From: an uncultured Clostridia bacterium
GTDB lineage: Bacteria; Bacillota; Clostridia; Christensenellales; UBA1242
DNA length: 55,454 nucleotides
NCBI GenBank assembly: GCA_944332395.1
Contig: CALVJV010000003.1
Coordinates: 1 to 55,454, forward strand
Direction of reading: 5' to 3'
Positions 9,127 to 18,133 of the stretch are shown piece by piece (within the stretch, counting starts at the first letter, position 1; each line of letters begins with the position of its first letter). Made by a program: the position numbers and the translations under genes. The notes below the pieces were generated by a model. That model did no database searches, was not told where the DNA came from, and saw nothing but the letters and a program-made list of their open reading frames with translations.

Positions 9127-10440
9127 ATGAAATATTACAATATAATTACATTTGGCTGTCAAATGAATATAGCCGATTCTGAAACACTTGCCGGTGAGTT
9201 AGAAAAAAGAGAGTATAAAGCAACAAACAATCTAGAAAATGCAGATATTGTTGTCATTAATACATGTGCAATTAGAGATACTGCAGAAAAAAAAATATTA
9301 GCAAAAATTGGTGGGCTAAAAATCTGGAAAAAAACAAACCCAAAAAGAATATTGGCTGTTGGCGGTTGTATGACTGCACAGAAAGAAATACCCACGAACT
9401 TAATAAAAACTTTTCCATTTATAGATATTATTTTTGGTACCGAAAATTTGTCAAATTTTGGGTTGTTGTTAGATGAATTTGTAAAAACAAGAAAAAAACA
9501 GATTCAAACCGCACCAGAAACAAAAGTATCAAGATGTGTTGAGCCAAAGCGTGATAGACAGATTAATGCATGGGTAAAAATAATGTATGGTTGCAACAAT
9601 TTTTGTTCATATTGTATTGTTCCATATGTTAGGGGAAGAGAGCAATCCCGTGAAAAACTTGAAATAATTAATGAAGTTAAAAATTTAATTCAAAATGGAT
9701 ACAAACAAATCACTCTGCTAGGACAAAATGTTAATTCTTATGGCAACGATAACCCCGAAAAATATGGCAATTTTCCACAACTTTTAAAGGAAATTGATAA
9801 AATAAAAGGTGATTATAGAATACGTTTTATGACAAGTCACCCCAAAGATTTAACAAAAGAATTAATAGATGTTATTGCAAATTCAGAGCATATTTGCCAC
9901 TCAATTCATCTTCCTTTTCAGAGTGGATCAACTGCAATATTAAGTGCAATGAACAGAAAATATACAAGAGAGCAATATTTAGAAAAAGTAAAATTAATAA
10001 AATCAAAAATACATGATGTTGAACTAAGCAGTGATTGCATCGTTGGTTTTCCTGGTGAAACTGAAAAAGATTTTGAAGATACGCTATCGCTTGTCCAACA
10101 AGTAAAGTTTTTGAATATGTATATGTTTGTTTATTCAAAAAGAAAAGGAACTGCTGCTGAAAAATTGGAACAGGTTTCAGATTCTATAAAAAAAGATAGA
10201 ATCAAAAAATTAGTTGGATTACAGAATAAAATAAGTGCAGAACTATCAAAAAAATATGTTGGTCATGATTACAAAGTCTTAGTTGAGGGCTTTGATCCAA
10301 AAGAAAATTGCTATGTTGGAGTTACAGATTCCGGAAAATCAGTTTTTATAAAAAGTGATAAAAATATTTTAGGGGAATTTAAACTTGTTCATATAGAAAG
10401 TTGCAAGGGTAGTAAATTATATTCAAATATTATAAAATAA
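9127..10440 (+). CDS. miaB: tRNA-i6A37 methylthiotransferase MiaB (radical SAM)
   Basis: N-terminal TFGCQMN...NTCAIR motif, radical SAM CNNFCSYCIVPYVRG, C-terminal TRAM-like tail. Precedes mutS as ymcB does in Bacillus. Confidence 0.85.
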   Translation: MKYYNIITFGCQMNIADSETLAGELEKREYKATNNLENADIVVINTCAIRDTAEKKILAKIGGLKIWKKTNPKRILAVGGCMTAQKEIPTNLIKTFPFIDIIFGTENLSNFGLLLDEFVKTRKKQIQTAPETKVSRCVEPKRDRQINAWVKIMYGCNNFCSYCIVPYVRGREQSREKLEIINEVKNLIQNGYKQITLLGQNVNSYGNDNPEKYGNFPQLLKEIDKIKGDYRIRFMTSHPKDLTKELIDVIANSEHICHSIHLPFQSGSTAILSAMNRKYTREQYLEKVKLIKSKIHDVELSSDCIVGFPGETEKDFEDTLSLVQQVKFLNMYMFVYSKRKGTAAEKLEQVSDSIKKDRIKKLVGLQNKISAELSKKYVGHDYKVLVEGFDPKENCYVGVTDSGKSVFIKSDKNILGEFKLVHIESCKGSKLYSNIIK

Positions 10441-10451
10441 GGGAGAAAAAA

Positions 10452-13052
10452 ATGGCTATTTCACCAATGATGAAGCATTATCTATCTGTAAAAGAGCAAA
10501 ATCCAGATTGCATATTATTTTATAGATTAGGCGATTTTTATGAAATGTTTTTTGATGATGCAGTATTATGTTCAAGAGAACTAGATCTAACATTAACCAA
10601 GCGAAATTGCGGAGATGGTGAATGTGCACCTATGTGTGGCGTTCCATATCACGCATACGAAGTATATTTAAAGCGTTTAATTGATAAGGGTTATAGAGTT
10701 GCAATATGCGAACAAATTAGTCCAGTCAATCCAAAAGGGCTAGTTGAAAGGGCAATTGTTCGAATAGTAACGCCTGGGACAATTATTGAAGACAGCATAC
10801 TTGACAGTAAAGAAAACAATTATATCGCATCTGTAGTATATCAAAAAAATTCGGCAGGATTAGCCTATGCCGATATATCAACAGGTGAGTTAAAATTAAA
10901 TATTATATCAGGCGAAAGAGTATTTGAAAAGTTAGATGACGAACTAGCAAAAATAGCTCCAAAAGAAGTAATAACAAATTCAAATATGGCAGAGAAACAA
11001 CACGAATTACTTTGCGTAATTTCAGGTATTGCTCCTAATTTTTATCCATATAGTGAAAACGCTTTTGAATTAAATACCGCAAAATCTACTTGCAAACAAC
11101 ATTTTAATGTAAACTCATTAAATGCAATAGGTTTTAGCGATAATGAATTGGGAATTAAAGCAGTAGGCTCTTTATTGAAATATCTAGAACAAACGCAAAA
11201 AACAAAGGCTTCTAGCTTAAAAAAAATAGAGTTTGTATACGATAAAAACTATGTTCATTTAGATTTTAATTCAAGACGTAATTTAGAAATCACAGAAAAC
11301 AATAATACCCACTCAAAAAAAGGGTCGTTGTTATGGATTTTAGACAAGACAAAAACCAGTATTGGCGCTAGAACAATAAAGCAATATGTTAGTGAACCAC
11401 TTGCAAATGTAATGTTAATAAATCAAAGATTAGATGCCGTTGAAGAACTATACACAAATCCAATGCTAATTTCTTCAATTCAAGAACTATTAATTGAATT
11501 ATCTGATATAGAAAGAATTGCTACTCGAATTTCATATGGTACAGTTACTCCATTTGATTTGTTAGCTCTAAAACATACATTAAGGCAAATGCCTAAATTG
11601 AGGCAACTAATGGATAGTTGTCAATCAAATCTATTAAGAGATTCTAAAGATAGCATAGGGGATATTAAAAGTGTTTCAGATTTAATCGAAAAAGCAATAA
11701 AGCCAGACCTAGATAGATTGAAAGACAACATAAAAAATGGCGATTTTATAAGGGCAGGCTATAACAAGGAACTTGACGAATTAAAAGATGCAAAAAAACT
11801 AGGCCAGCAATGGCTATTACATTACGAACAGGAGCAAAAAGAAAAAACTGGTATAAAAAATTTGAGAATAGGTTACAACAGAGTATTTGGATATTTTTTA
11901 GAAGTTCCAAAAAGTCAAATAAACAAAGTTCCATATGAATTTGTTGATAGAAAACAAACAACAGCAAATAGTGAAAGATATGTTACCGAAACCCTAAAAG
12001 AGATGGAAAAGAAAATATTAGGTAGCGAAGAACAAGCACAAAAATTAGAATTTAAAATATACGAAGATCTTAAAACCGATTTATTAGCCTTTGTAGGCCC
12101 AATAATAAGTATATCAAAATCAATAGGGATAATTGACGCATTAACATCTTACGCATATGTTGCCAATAAAAATAATTATGTAAAACCATATATAACTAAC
12201 GATGTAAAGGAAATTTACATTAAAAATGGAAGACATCCCGTTGTCGAAAGCATAATGCCTCCTGGTGACTTTGTTCCAAATGATACATTACTTGATGATA
12301 ATGAAAATAGAACAATAATAATAACAGGTCCAAACATGGGTGGAAAGAGCACATACTTGCGACAAGTGGCGGCCATAACTCTAATGACGCATATGGGTTC
12401 ATTTGTTCCCGCAAGCGAAGCTAGAATATCTCCAGTTGACAAATTATTCACTAGAATAGGCGCCAGTGATGATTTAATTTTTGGTCAAAGCACCTTTATG
12501 GTTGAAATGACAGAAGTCGCAAATATTTTAAACAACGCAACTAGTAAAAGTCTTTTAATTATGGATGAAGTCGGCCGAGGAACAAGCACGTACGATGGAT
12601 TATCAATTGCCAGGGCAGTTATGGAAGACATATCAGAAAGAATAAAAGCAAAAACATTATTTGCAACACATTATCATGAATTAACTTCATTAGAAGAAAC
12701 AACAATTGGAGTAAAAAATTATCGAGTATTAGTTAGTGAAACTGGAGACAGACCTAGGTTTCTCCATAAGATAGTTCGTGGTAGCGCAAATAAAAGTTTT
12801 GGAATTGAAGTGGCAAAAATGGCTGGAATCCCAAGTCATGTTGTAAATCGAGCAAAAGATGTTTTAAAAATTGAGGAGGCAAGAGGAGAATTTTTTGAAA
12901 AAACTCCATCATCGTCTCCACAAAATTCGCACGAGCCATCAATTAAAGCAACAGAAATAATAAATATCCTAAAAGATACTGATATGAACAATATAACACC
13001 TTTAGTAGCCTTTGCAACACTTCAAAATTTAATAGACAAAGCAAAAAAGTGA
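10452..13052 (+). CDS. mutS: DNA mismatch repair protein MutS
   Basis: 866 aa. N-terminal MMKHYLSVKEQ..LFYRLGDFYEMFFDDA, Walker A GPNMGGKSTYLRQ, STFMVEM, DEVGRGTSTYDG. Confidence 0.95.
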   Translation: MAISPMMKHYLSVKEQNPDCILFYRLGDFYEMFFDDAVLCSRELDLTLTKRNCGDGECAPMCGVPYHAYEVYLKRLIDKGYRVAICEQISPVNPKGLVERAIVRIVTPGTIIEDSILDSKENNYIASVVYQKNSAGLAYADISTGELKLNIISGERVFEKLDDELAKIAPKEVITNSNMAEKQHELLCVISGIAPNFYPYSENAFELNTAKSTCKQHFNVNSLNAIGFSDNELGIKAVGSLLKYLEQTQKTKASSLKKIEFVYDKNYVHLDFNSRRNLEITENNNTHSKKGSLLWILDKTKTSIGARTIKQYVSEPLANVMLINQRLDAVEELYTNPMLISSIQELLIELSDIERIATRISYGTVTPFDLLALKHTLRQMPKLRQLMDSCQSNLLRDSKDSIGDIKSVSDLIEKAIKPDLDRLKDNIKNGDFIRAGYNKELDELKDAKKLGQQWLLHYEQEQKEKTGIKNLRIGYNRVFGYFLEVPKSQINKVPYEFVDRKQTTANSERYVTETLKEMEKKILGSEEQAQKLEFKIYEDLKTDLLAFVGPIISISKSIGIIDALTSYAYVANKNNYVKPYITNDVKEIYIKNGRHPVVESIMPPGDFVPNDTLLDDNENRTIIITGPNMGGKSTYLRQVAAITLMTHMGSFVPASEARISPVDKLFTRIGASDDLIFGQSTFMVEMTEVANILNNATSKSLLIMDEVGRGTSTYDGLSIARAVMEDISERIKAKTLFATHYHELTSLEETTIGVKNYRVLVSETGDRPRFLHKIVRGSANKSFGIEVAKMAGIPSHVVNRAKDVLKIEEARGEFFEKTPSSSPQNSHEPSIKATEIINILKDTDMNNITPLVAFATLQNLIDKAKK

Positions 13053-13061
13053 GGCCATTTT

Positions 13062-14897
13062 ATGAAAATAAACATACTTCCAAAAGAAATTTTTAATTTA
13101 ATAGCAGCAGGCGAAGTCGTAGAACGACCAGCTAGTGTAATAAAGGAGTTAATAGAAAATTCTATTGACGCAAAAGCCAGCGACATATCAATTTATATTG
13201 AAAATGGTGGGCTAAAAAGCATGAAAATAATAGATAATGGTACAGGAATCGAAAAAAGTGAAATTCCAAAAGTCTTGCTTCCTCATTCAACAAGTAAAAT
13301 AAATTCAATAGAGGATTTATCAAAAATAGGAACATTAGGTTTTCGTGGAGAGGCACTTGCATCAATTTCGGCTGTTTCAGATATTATAATAACAACAAAA
13401 ACGATAGACGATGAACTTGGAACAAGGTTAACCCAGATCCAAGATTTGCCCATAAAAATAGAAGAGTGTGGGGCTTCTACCGGAACAACTGTTGAAGTTT
13501 TAAATTTATTTAAAAATATTCCAGCTCGTGCAAAATTTTTAAAAAAGCCAAAATCCGAAGAACAAGAAATAACAAATCTGGTAGCAAGATATATTTTAGC
13601 AAATCCAAATATATCCTTTAAATATATGGCTGATAATAAATTAATATATCAAAGTTATGGTAGGGGAAAGCAGGATTCTATATTTTCAATATACGGAAAA
13701 GAAACCATAAGTAACTTAATAGCAATTGATAGAAAATTTAAGGATATACATATTCATGGTTATATTGGAAAACCAAGTTTTTCAAAACCAAATAGAACAT
13801 ACCAAACCCTTGTTTTAAATGGTCGATACATACAAAACCAAGTAATTCAAACGGCAATAACAAATGCCTATGGCGACTTTTTAATGAAACGTCAATATCC
13901 GTTTTATGTTATATTTATAGAAATGCCGTTAAGCGATGTTGATGTAAATGTGCATCCAAATAAAATGGAAGTAAGATTTTCAAATAATATCAATCTTTAT
14001 CCACTAATATTTGAAACAGTTGTACGTGGATTACACCAGCTAGATTCAGAACCACATACGCTAAATATAGAACAAACGACAAAAGAAATAATAAAAGATA
14101 ATTATGTTCAAAACAAAGAAGTCTTTAAAGAAGACAACAACCACGCATTTGATAATTACTGGAACAGCATGCAATTGTTATACAATAAAGAAAGCATAGC
14201 TCAAGGTCCAAACACAATCATGCAAAATATCGATTTAAAAACAGGTGAAGTTGTATTTAACGATCACATACAACAAGCCAATGATAATAAAAATATAAAA
14301 CAAGCAAAATTTGCATTTGATATTCAACATAGGATAATTGGAAAATTATTTAACACATATTTAATAATAGAACAAGGCGATGAAGTATATTTTATTGATC
14401 AACATGCAATGCATGAAAGATTGCTATATGATAAACTAAAAGAAGAGATAGAAAACAACGAAATTACAATTCAACCAATGCTAATACCACATATTTTTGC
14501 AGTAAACTCATTAGAACAAAATTTTTTGGAAGAGCATAAAAATGAATTTAAAGCACTGGGGTTTGAAATAGATTCGTTTGGAGACAACTCATATAAATTA
14601 AGTTCAATACCTTCAATTTGTAGTGATATATCAATCAACGAATTTATGTCTTCAGTATTGTCTGACATAAAAAATTTCACAATCAATACTACAAGTGAAA
14701 TAATAAAAGACAAGTTGGCAACAAAAGCGTGCAAAGCGGCGGTCAAGGCCGGAAACGATCTATCAGATAATGAAATAGAAAAGTTAATACAAATGATAAA
14801 TGAAACAAATGCCACATTAAGATGTCCACATGGCCGGCCGGCTGTAATAAAACTAAAAAAAGCAGAAATAGAAAAGTGGTTTAAGAGGATAGTATAA
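13062..14897 (+). CDS. mutL: DNA mismatch repair protein MutL
   Basis: GHKL ATPase N-terminus (IAAGEVVERPASVIKELIENSIDA, DNGTGI, LGFRGEAL). C-terminal endonuclease-type motifs (DQHAMHERLLY, CPHGRP). Confidence 0.95.
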   Translation: MKINILPKEIFNLIAAGEVVERPASVIKELIENSIDAKASDISIYIENGGLKSMKIIDNGTGIEKSEIPKVLLPHSTSKINSIEDLSKIGTLGFRGEALASISAVSDIIITTKTIDDELGTRLTQIQDLPIKIEECGASTGTTVEVLNLFKNIPARAKFLKKPKSEEQEITNLVARYILANPNISFKYMADNKLIYQSYGRGKQDSIFSIYGKETISNLIAIDRKFKDIHIHGYIGKPSFSKPNRTYQTLVLNGRYIQNQVIQTAITNAYGDFLMKRQYPFYVIFIEMPLSDVDVNVHPNKMEVRFSNNINLYPLIFETVVRGLHQLDSEPHTLNIEQTTKEIIKDNYVQNKEVFKEDNNHAFDNYWNSMQLLYNKESIAQGPNTIMQNIDLKTGEVVFNDHIQQANDNKNIKQAKFAFDIQHRIIGKLFNTYLIIEQGDEVYFIDQHAMHERLLYDKLKEEIENNEITIQPMLIPHIFAVNSLEQNFLEEHKNEFKALGFEIDSFGDNSYKLSSIPSICSDISINEFMSSVLSDIKNFTINTTSEIIKDKLATKACKAAVKAGNDLSDNEIEKLIQMINETNATLRCPHGRPAVIKLKKAEIEKWFKRIV

Positions 14898-14899
14898 AA

Positions 14900-16120
14900 A
14901 TGAATAAAAATATTGAAAAAAAAATAAAAGATATAGAGCAGAGTTTATCAAAAGAATATGAAAAAATAAGCGAAATATCACTATACAACCAACACAAAGT
15001 TTTAAAGGCGTTTCAAAAAAATAAAGTAGCTCTAACAGATTTTGCCGGTTCAACAGGTTATGGATATGATGATGTAGGAAAAACCAAATTATCAAAAATA
15101 TTTGCAGAAATAATGAAAGCAGAATCTGCAATAGCGTCACCTTTGTTAACATGCGGAACACATACTTTATCAACAGCTTTATTTGGATTACTTCGACCTG
15201 GTGATCTATTTGTTTCAATAGGCGAATGTTACGATACACTAAAAGAAATAATAAGTGGAAAAAATGGATCCTTAAAAGAGTGGGGGATTACATACAAATT
15301 ATTAAAATATGACACACCAACTCAAAAACAACAAGCCTATAAATTTATAGAAAACAAAAAGCCCAAATTGGTGTTTATACAAAGATCAAGGGGATACACC
15401 CGAAGAACTGATGGTTATTCTATAGATGAACTAAAATTAATGATAGATAAGGTAAAAAAAGCGAGCAACAACTCTATAGTAATGGTTGATAATTGTTATG
15501 ACAAATATACAAAAAAAAAAGAGCCAATTGAAGTTGGTGCTGATGTAGTAGCAGGATCATTAATTAAAAATCCGGGTGGAGGAATAGCTCCAACTGGTGG
15601 ATATATTGCTGGGCGCAAAAATTTAATAGCCCAAATATCAGGAAGGTTTACCGCTCCATCATTAGGAACAGAAGTTGGATCATACAACGCATCATATCAA
15701 AACTTTTTTGAAGGATTGTTCTTGGCTCCACATATTACAAGTAGGGTAATTAAAGGTTCAATGTTATTAGGAAAAACATTAAGTCATTGCAAAATAAATA
15801 GCGCACCAAGTCCTAGCCAAATACCTCATGACATCGTTCGTTCAATAGAATTTAATGACAAAGAAGCGATGATAAAATTTGTTCAAATGGTGCAACAAAT
15901 ATCACCAGTAGATAGTCATGTTAGACCAGAACCATGGGCAATGCCAGGATATAAGGACGAAATAATAATGGCTGCAGGAACATTCGTTCAAGGCAGTTCA
16001 ATAGAATTATCCTGCGATGGGCCAGTGAAACCTCCTTATATAGCATATATTCAAGGCGGTATAACATACGAACACATACAAATATTATGTGAAAACATTA
16101 TTAAAAAATTTGGTAAATAA
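14900..16120 (+). CDS. aluminium-resistance / methionine gamma-lyase-family PLP protein (YnbB-like)
   Basis: FAGSTGYGYDDVGK...SPLLTCGTHTLSTALFGLLRPGD block typical of the YnbB/aluminium-resistance family. SD aagagg. Confidence 0.65.
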   Translation: MNKNIEKKIKDIEQSLSKEYEKISEISLYNQHKVLKAFQKNKVALTDFAGSTGYGYDDVGKTKLSKIFAEIMKAESAIASPLLTCGTHTLSTALFGLLRPGDLFVSIGECYDTLKEIISGKNGSLKEWGITYKLLKYDTPTQKQQAYKFIENKKPKLVFIQRSRGYTRRTDGYSIDELKLMIDKVKKASNNSIVMVDNCYDKYTKKKEPIEVGADVVAGSLIKNPGGGIAPTGGYIAGRKNLIAQISGRFTAPSLGTEVGSYNASYQNFFEGLFLAPHITSRVIKGSMLLGKTLSHCKINSAPSPSQIPHDIVRSIEFNDKEAMIKFVQMVQQISPVDSHVRPEPWAMPGYKDEIIMAAGTFVQGSSIELSCDGPVKPPYIAYIQGGITYEHIQILCENIIKKFGK

Positions 16121-16132
16121 AGAAACAAAAAG

Positions 16133-16157
16133 CACATTAAAATTAATGTGTTTTTTT
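16133..16157. terminator. terminator after the ynbB-like gene (hairpin usable on both strands)
   Basis: Arms cacattaa (16133-16140) and ttaatgtg (16143-16150), followed by T7. The minus strand reads ctttttgtttct after the stem. Confidence 0.6.
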
Positions 16158-16262
16158 ATTCACAAAAAGAACGACCTCAGCAAAAATCACGTTAAGAAAT
16201 TGATCTAATATCATAGTAGGGCATTATTAGTTTGTTACAGATTTCAACAGTCAATCTTTATA

Positions 16263-16296
16263 AAGTTTTCGCAAAAGACAGCTTTTGCGAAAACTT
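16263..16296. repeat. perfect 15-bp inverted repeat (hairpin) in convergent intergenic region
   Basis: aagttttcgcaaaag (16263-16277), loop acag, cttttgcgaaaactt (16282-16296). On the minus strand it is followed by tttataaag. Confidence 0.8.
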
Positions 16297-16342
16297 AACC
16301 AAGGGATTGGGCTATATTTAAGCCATTTATTAACATTTTAAA

Positions 16343-16374
16343 TAAAAAACAAAAAACCTAACACCATTTGTTAG
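16343..16374 (-). terminator. weak terminator downstream of the M48/YgjP-like gene
   Basis: Arms ctaaca (16358-16363) and tgttag (16369-16374). On the minus strand it is followed by gttttttgtttttt. Confidence 0.45.
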
Positions 16375-16447
16375 ATTTTATAAACTCTTTATTAAAAACA
16401 ATAAAATTTAAGTTATGGTTATATATGTTAGTTTTATATATCAAATA

Positions 16448-17146
16448 TCATCTAAATAAATTCAATATATACGAATTCATTTTTAAATCATTTTTTATTG
16501 TACTTAAATTTGGAATATAAGTTTTAACTAATACCCAAAACTTGTTTGAATGATCCATATAAAATATATGCGATAATTCGTGAACAATTATATAATCAAT
16601 TAATTTTGTTGGCAGCATTATCAAACGCCAATTTAGTGAAATAATTCGTTTTGAAGAACAAGAGCCCCATTTCTTTTTGGCATTTGATAATTTTATATTT
16701 CTAGGAGACAGATTCATTGTTTCAGCAATTGAAATGACGCGCTGAGTCAGAATAGTTCTTGCTTGTTCGACCAAAAATCTACGAATATTACCAAACAATT
16801 CTGTTTTAGTCATTGTTTGCGGTATTAAGATTCTATTGTATTCATCTAAACTAATTTTTTTAACATCAGACCAAAACGGTTTATAACAATTCCCTAAAAA
16901 TAAAATTTTTTTATAATTTATAATATCAGTATTGTCAGCTAACATATTTTTAATGAGGTTTAGCTTCTTTTCGATCCAATCTCTTTTTTCAAAAACAAAT
17001 TTATTTATTTCACTCAATGGCATATTAATTGGAGCTTTAACTGTTACGTTTCCAGTATTCGAAATTGAAATAGACAAAGTTCTCCTATTTTCTCTAGACA
17101 ATACATTTACATAATTATTGATAGACATAACACCATTATAATTCAC
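16448..17146 (-). CDS. YgjP/DUF45-type (M48-like) zinc metallohydrolase
   Basis: HELSHIFYMDHSNKFW (HExxH followed by the H..FW block) near the C-terminus. A second in-frame Met at 17128 lies 6 nt after a TATAAT, so the true start may be 17128. Confidence 0.7.
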   Translation of the reverse strand: MNYNGVMSINNYVNVLSRENRRTLSISISNTGNVTVKAPINMPLSEINKFVFEKRDWIEKKLNLIKNMLADNTDIINYKKILFLGNCYKPFWSDVKKISLDEYNRILIPQTMTKTELFGNIRRFLVEQARTILTQRVISIAETMNLSPRNIKLSNAKKKWGSCSSKRIISLNWRLIMLPTKLIDYIIVHELSHIFYMDHSNKFWVLVKTYIPNLSTIKNDLKMNSYILNLFR

Positions 17147-17231
17147 TTATACATTCTCACTTAAAATGATTTTTTTATTATTTTGTTTTTTTATGTCATA
17201 ATTTATATTCAAAAACAAAGGTCAAAGTCAG

Positions 17232-17969
17232 TCAATTTTTATTTAAATATAAATTGAATTCAAAAACCAATTCGTCGGTATTTTTCTTACCAGTAAATGA
17301 TAATCCATTATTAAATTTACTAAATTCTATTAATAGTTTATCATCATATTTCGCCTCCGAAATAAAGTTTACTTGAACTCCCCCAATATCTAATTTCTCA
17401 TATTGATCTTTTTTTATTATATCTAATACAATATCAAAATACTTCGCATTATTAATGTGCCCATTAAAATCTAAATCTGAATACCTTGGCGAATAACGTA
17501 TTGTTTTAACTTTTGTTTTTATATTTTTGATTGTTAAAAACTGAGGAGTAAAGTTCCGTTTTCCTATAAATTGTGGATAGACAAAATTTAACGATTCCTG
17601 CAGAACTGGTTTTCTTGAATTTATATCAATAAGACACCATCTACTTGTAGCCTTCACCAAAACTTTATCATTCTGATCAACTATTTCAAAATCTCTATCA
17701 AATGCTATCTTACTTTGTTCTAGTGGCCATGTTCTAACATTTATTGTTTGCCAAACCATTGGTCGTTGTATTATTTCAATTCTCATTTTTGTAATAACCC
17801 ATGTTAATTTTTGTTTTTCTGTTTCAATAATACCCAGCCCCATTTTTTCACAATGCAAACTAGCACACTCCATAAACAAAGTCTCAATAGCAGAAAGGCT
17901 TAATTGCTTTTTTGTATCAACCATAGCTATCCCAATTCTATATTGTTTTGAAAATATTGAATCTATCAT
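17232..17969 (-). CDS. acyl-ACP thioesterase
   Basis: 245 aa with double hot-dog organisation. Overall pattern of the FatA/B-like bacterial thioesterases (N-terminal YRIG...D....LS, C-terminal DLDFNGHINNAKY). SD aggag. Confidence 0.7.
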   Translation of the reverse strand: MIDSIFSKQYRIGIAMVDTKKQLSLSAIETLFMECASLHCEKMGLGIIETEKQKLTWVITKMRIEIIQRPMVWQTINVRTWPLEQSKIAFDRDFEIVDQNDKVLVKATSRWCLIDINSRKPVLQESLNFVYPQFIGKRNFTPQFLTIKNIKTKVKTIRYSPRYSDLDFNGHINNAKYFDIVLDIIKKDQYEKLDIGGVQVNFISEAKYDDKLLIEFSKFNNGLSFTGKKNTDELVFEFNLYLNKN

Positions 17970-18081
17970 AATTTTCTCCTAATAAAACAATTATAAACCT
18001 TTTAAAAATAATCAGCAACAAAAATCATATAAAAGCAGCTCTTATGTCACACATAGTACTTAAACAAATTTATAGAATTAT

Positions 18082-18110
18082 TTGACATAATGTAATAAAA
18101 TGAATTATAT
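18082..18110 (+). promoter_or_regulatory. putative sigma-A promoter of the PadR-fusion gene (TTGACA-17-TTATAT)
   Basis: ttgaca at 18082-18087, a 17-nt spacer, ttatat at 18105-18110. Confidence 0.45.
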
Positions 18111-18133
18111 TAAAAGTGAGGAGAAAAAAGTAT

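Noticed and set aside
14853-15239. 128-aa minus-strand ORF overlapping the mutL end and the ynbB-like gene
   Set aside because: It is antisense to two well-supported genes. Its composition is hydrophobic and low-complexity, as expected for an antisense AT-rich frame, and it has no SD.
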